NCBI RefSeq assembly: GCF_018350175.1 | Contig: NC_058368.1 | Location: 160,458,001-160,522,000, forward strand | Length of the DNA: 64,000 bases | Source of the DNA: Felis catus | Lineage: Eukaryota | Direction: 5' to 3' | Shown: piece after piece, positions 62,693 to 64,000 of the stretch | How the letters are laid out: each line of letters opens with the position of its first letter | How positions within the stretch are numbered: the first letter of the stretch is position 1 | Position numbers and translations under genes: made by a program | Notes under the pieces: model-generated | What the model was told of the DNA's origin: nothing | Database searches by the model: none | The model's input: only the letters and a program-made list of their open reading frames with translations

Positions 62693-64000
62693 AAGAATAA
62701 ATGTGTGTTAAAATGTCAATACTACCCAAAGCAATCTACACATTCAATGCAATCCCCATCAAAATTGCACTGACATTTTCCTCAGAGCTAGAACAATCCT
62801 AAAATTTGTATGGAACCACAAAAGACTCTGAATAACCAAAGCATTGTTGAAAAAGAAAACCAAAGTGGGAAGCATCACAATCTCAGACTTTAGCCTCTAC
62901 TACAAAGCTGTAATCATCAAGACTATATGGTATTGGCACAGAAACCGAGACATAGACCAATGGAATACAATGAAGAACCCAGAAGTGGACCCACAAATGT
63001 ATGGCCAACTAATCTTTGACAAAGCAGGAAAGAGTATCCAATGGAAAAAAGAGTCTCTTTAGTAAATGGTGCTGGGAGAACTGGACAGCAAAATGCAGAA
63101 AAATGAAATTAGACCACCTGGTTACACTGTACACAAAAATAAACTCAAAATGAATGGAAGACCTAAATACTAGACAGGAAACCACCAAAGCCCTAGAGGA
63201 CAAAACAGGCAACAACTTCTTTGACTTCCGCCGCAGCAATTTCTTGCCTGACATGTCTCCAAAGGCAAGGGAGATAAAAGCAAAAATGAACTATTGGGAT
63301 CTCATCAAGGTAAAAAGCTTCTGCATTGCAAAGGAAACAATCAACAAAACTAAAAGGCAACCAACAGAATGGGAAAAGATATTTGCAAATGACATGTCGG
63401 ATAAAGGGTTAGTATTCAAAATCTATAAAGAACTTACCAAACTCAACACCTAAAAAACAAATAATCCAGTGAAGAAATGGGCAGAAGAATGAATAGACAC
63501 TTTTCCAAAGAAGACATCCAGATGGCAAACATACACATGAAAAGATGCTCAATGTCACTCATCATCAGGGAACTATAAATCATAACCACATTGAGATACC
63601 ACCTCACACCAGTCTGAGTGGCTACAATTAACAACTCAGGCAACAACAGATGTTGGCAAGGATGTGGAGAAACGGGAACTCTCTTGCACTGTTGATGGGA
63701 ATGCAAACTGGTGCAGCCATTCTGGAAAACAGCGTGGAGGTTACTAAAAAAAAAAAAAAAATAGAACTACCCTACAACCCAGGAATATCACTTCTAGGAA
63801 TTTACCCAAAGGATACAAGAGTGTTGATGCATAGGGGCTCAATGTTTATAGCAGTGCTTTCAACAGTAGCCAAATTATGGAAAGAGCCTAAATGTCCATA
63901 AACTGATGAATGGATAAAGAAGATGTGGTTTGTATATACAATGGAATACTACTCGGCAATGAGAGAGAATGAAATCGAGCCATTTGCAACAATGTGGATG
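62693..64000 (+). mobile_element. Younger 5'-truncated carnivore L1 (ORF2 C-terminal part), running off the window end
   Basis: [25 protein letters not shown] and RQPTEWEKIFAN motifs with several frameshifts. Confidence 0.96.

Noticed and set aside
61396..64000. Opposite-orientation L1 pieces as one twin-primed (5'-inverted) insertion
   Set aside because: The minus piece is far more decayed and stops near SPGPDSFT, about 300 codons short of where the plus piece starts (VKMSILPK). Two independent insertions are more likely.
1..64000. CRISPR arrays, operons, rRNA, NUMT, non-retroviral viral inserts or processed pseudogenes
   Set aside because: I saw no regularly spaced repeats and no prokaryotic, mitochondrial or viral ORFs, and every long recognisable ORF is L1-derived. 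Very decayed copies could escape inspection by eye.

Overview
AT-rich mammalian nuclear DNA from a felid (cat family), identified by about 26 tRNA-derived CAN-SINE copies of the SINEC_Fc type and by carnivore L1 sequence. I cannot identify a host protein-coding gene, an RNA gene or a CpG island. The window is intronic or intergenic; the strong minus-strand bias of L1s and SINEs suggests an intron of a plus-strand transcription unit. It holds young and old L1s, CAN-SINEs (14 packed into 46.7-55.9 kb), ancient ERVL/MaLR solo LTRs, MIR/L2/MER5 remnants, microsatellites and a decayed hAT (Zaphod/Tip100-like) transposase that the ORF track misses. I found no clear new gene system. The best leads concern retrotransposition: (1) a TSD-bounded L1 whose extreme 5' promoter end is fused directly to the RT region, with ORF1 and the endonuclease missing; (2) a SINE dimer with a probable 3' transduction; (3) two sites where the same target was used by successive insertions. 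Repeat subfamily names come from recalled consensus features and need RepeatMasker/Dfam confirmation. Boundaries of old repeats are approximate.
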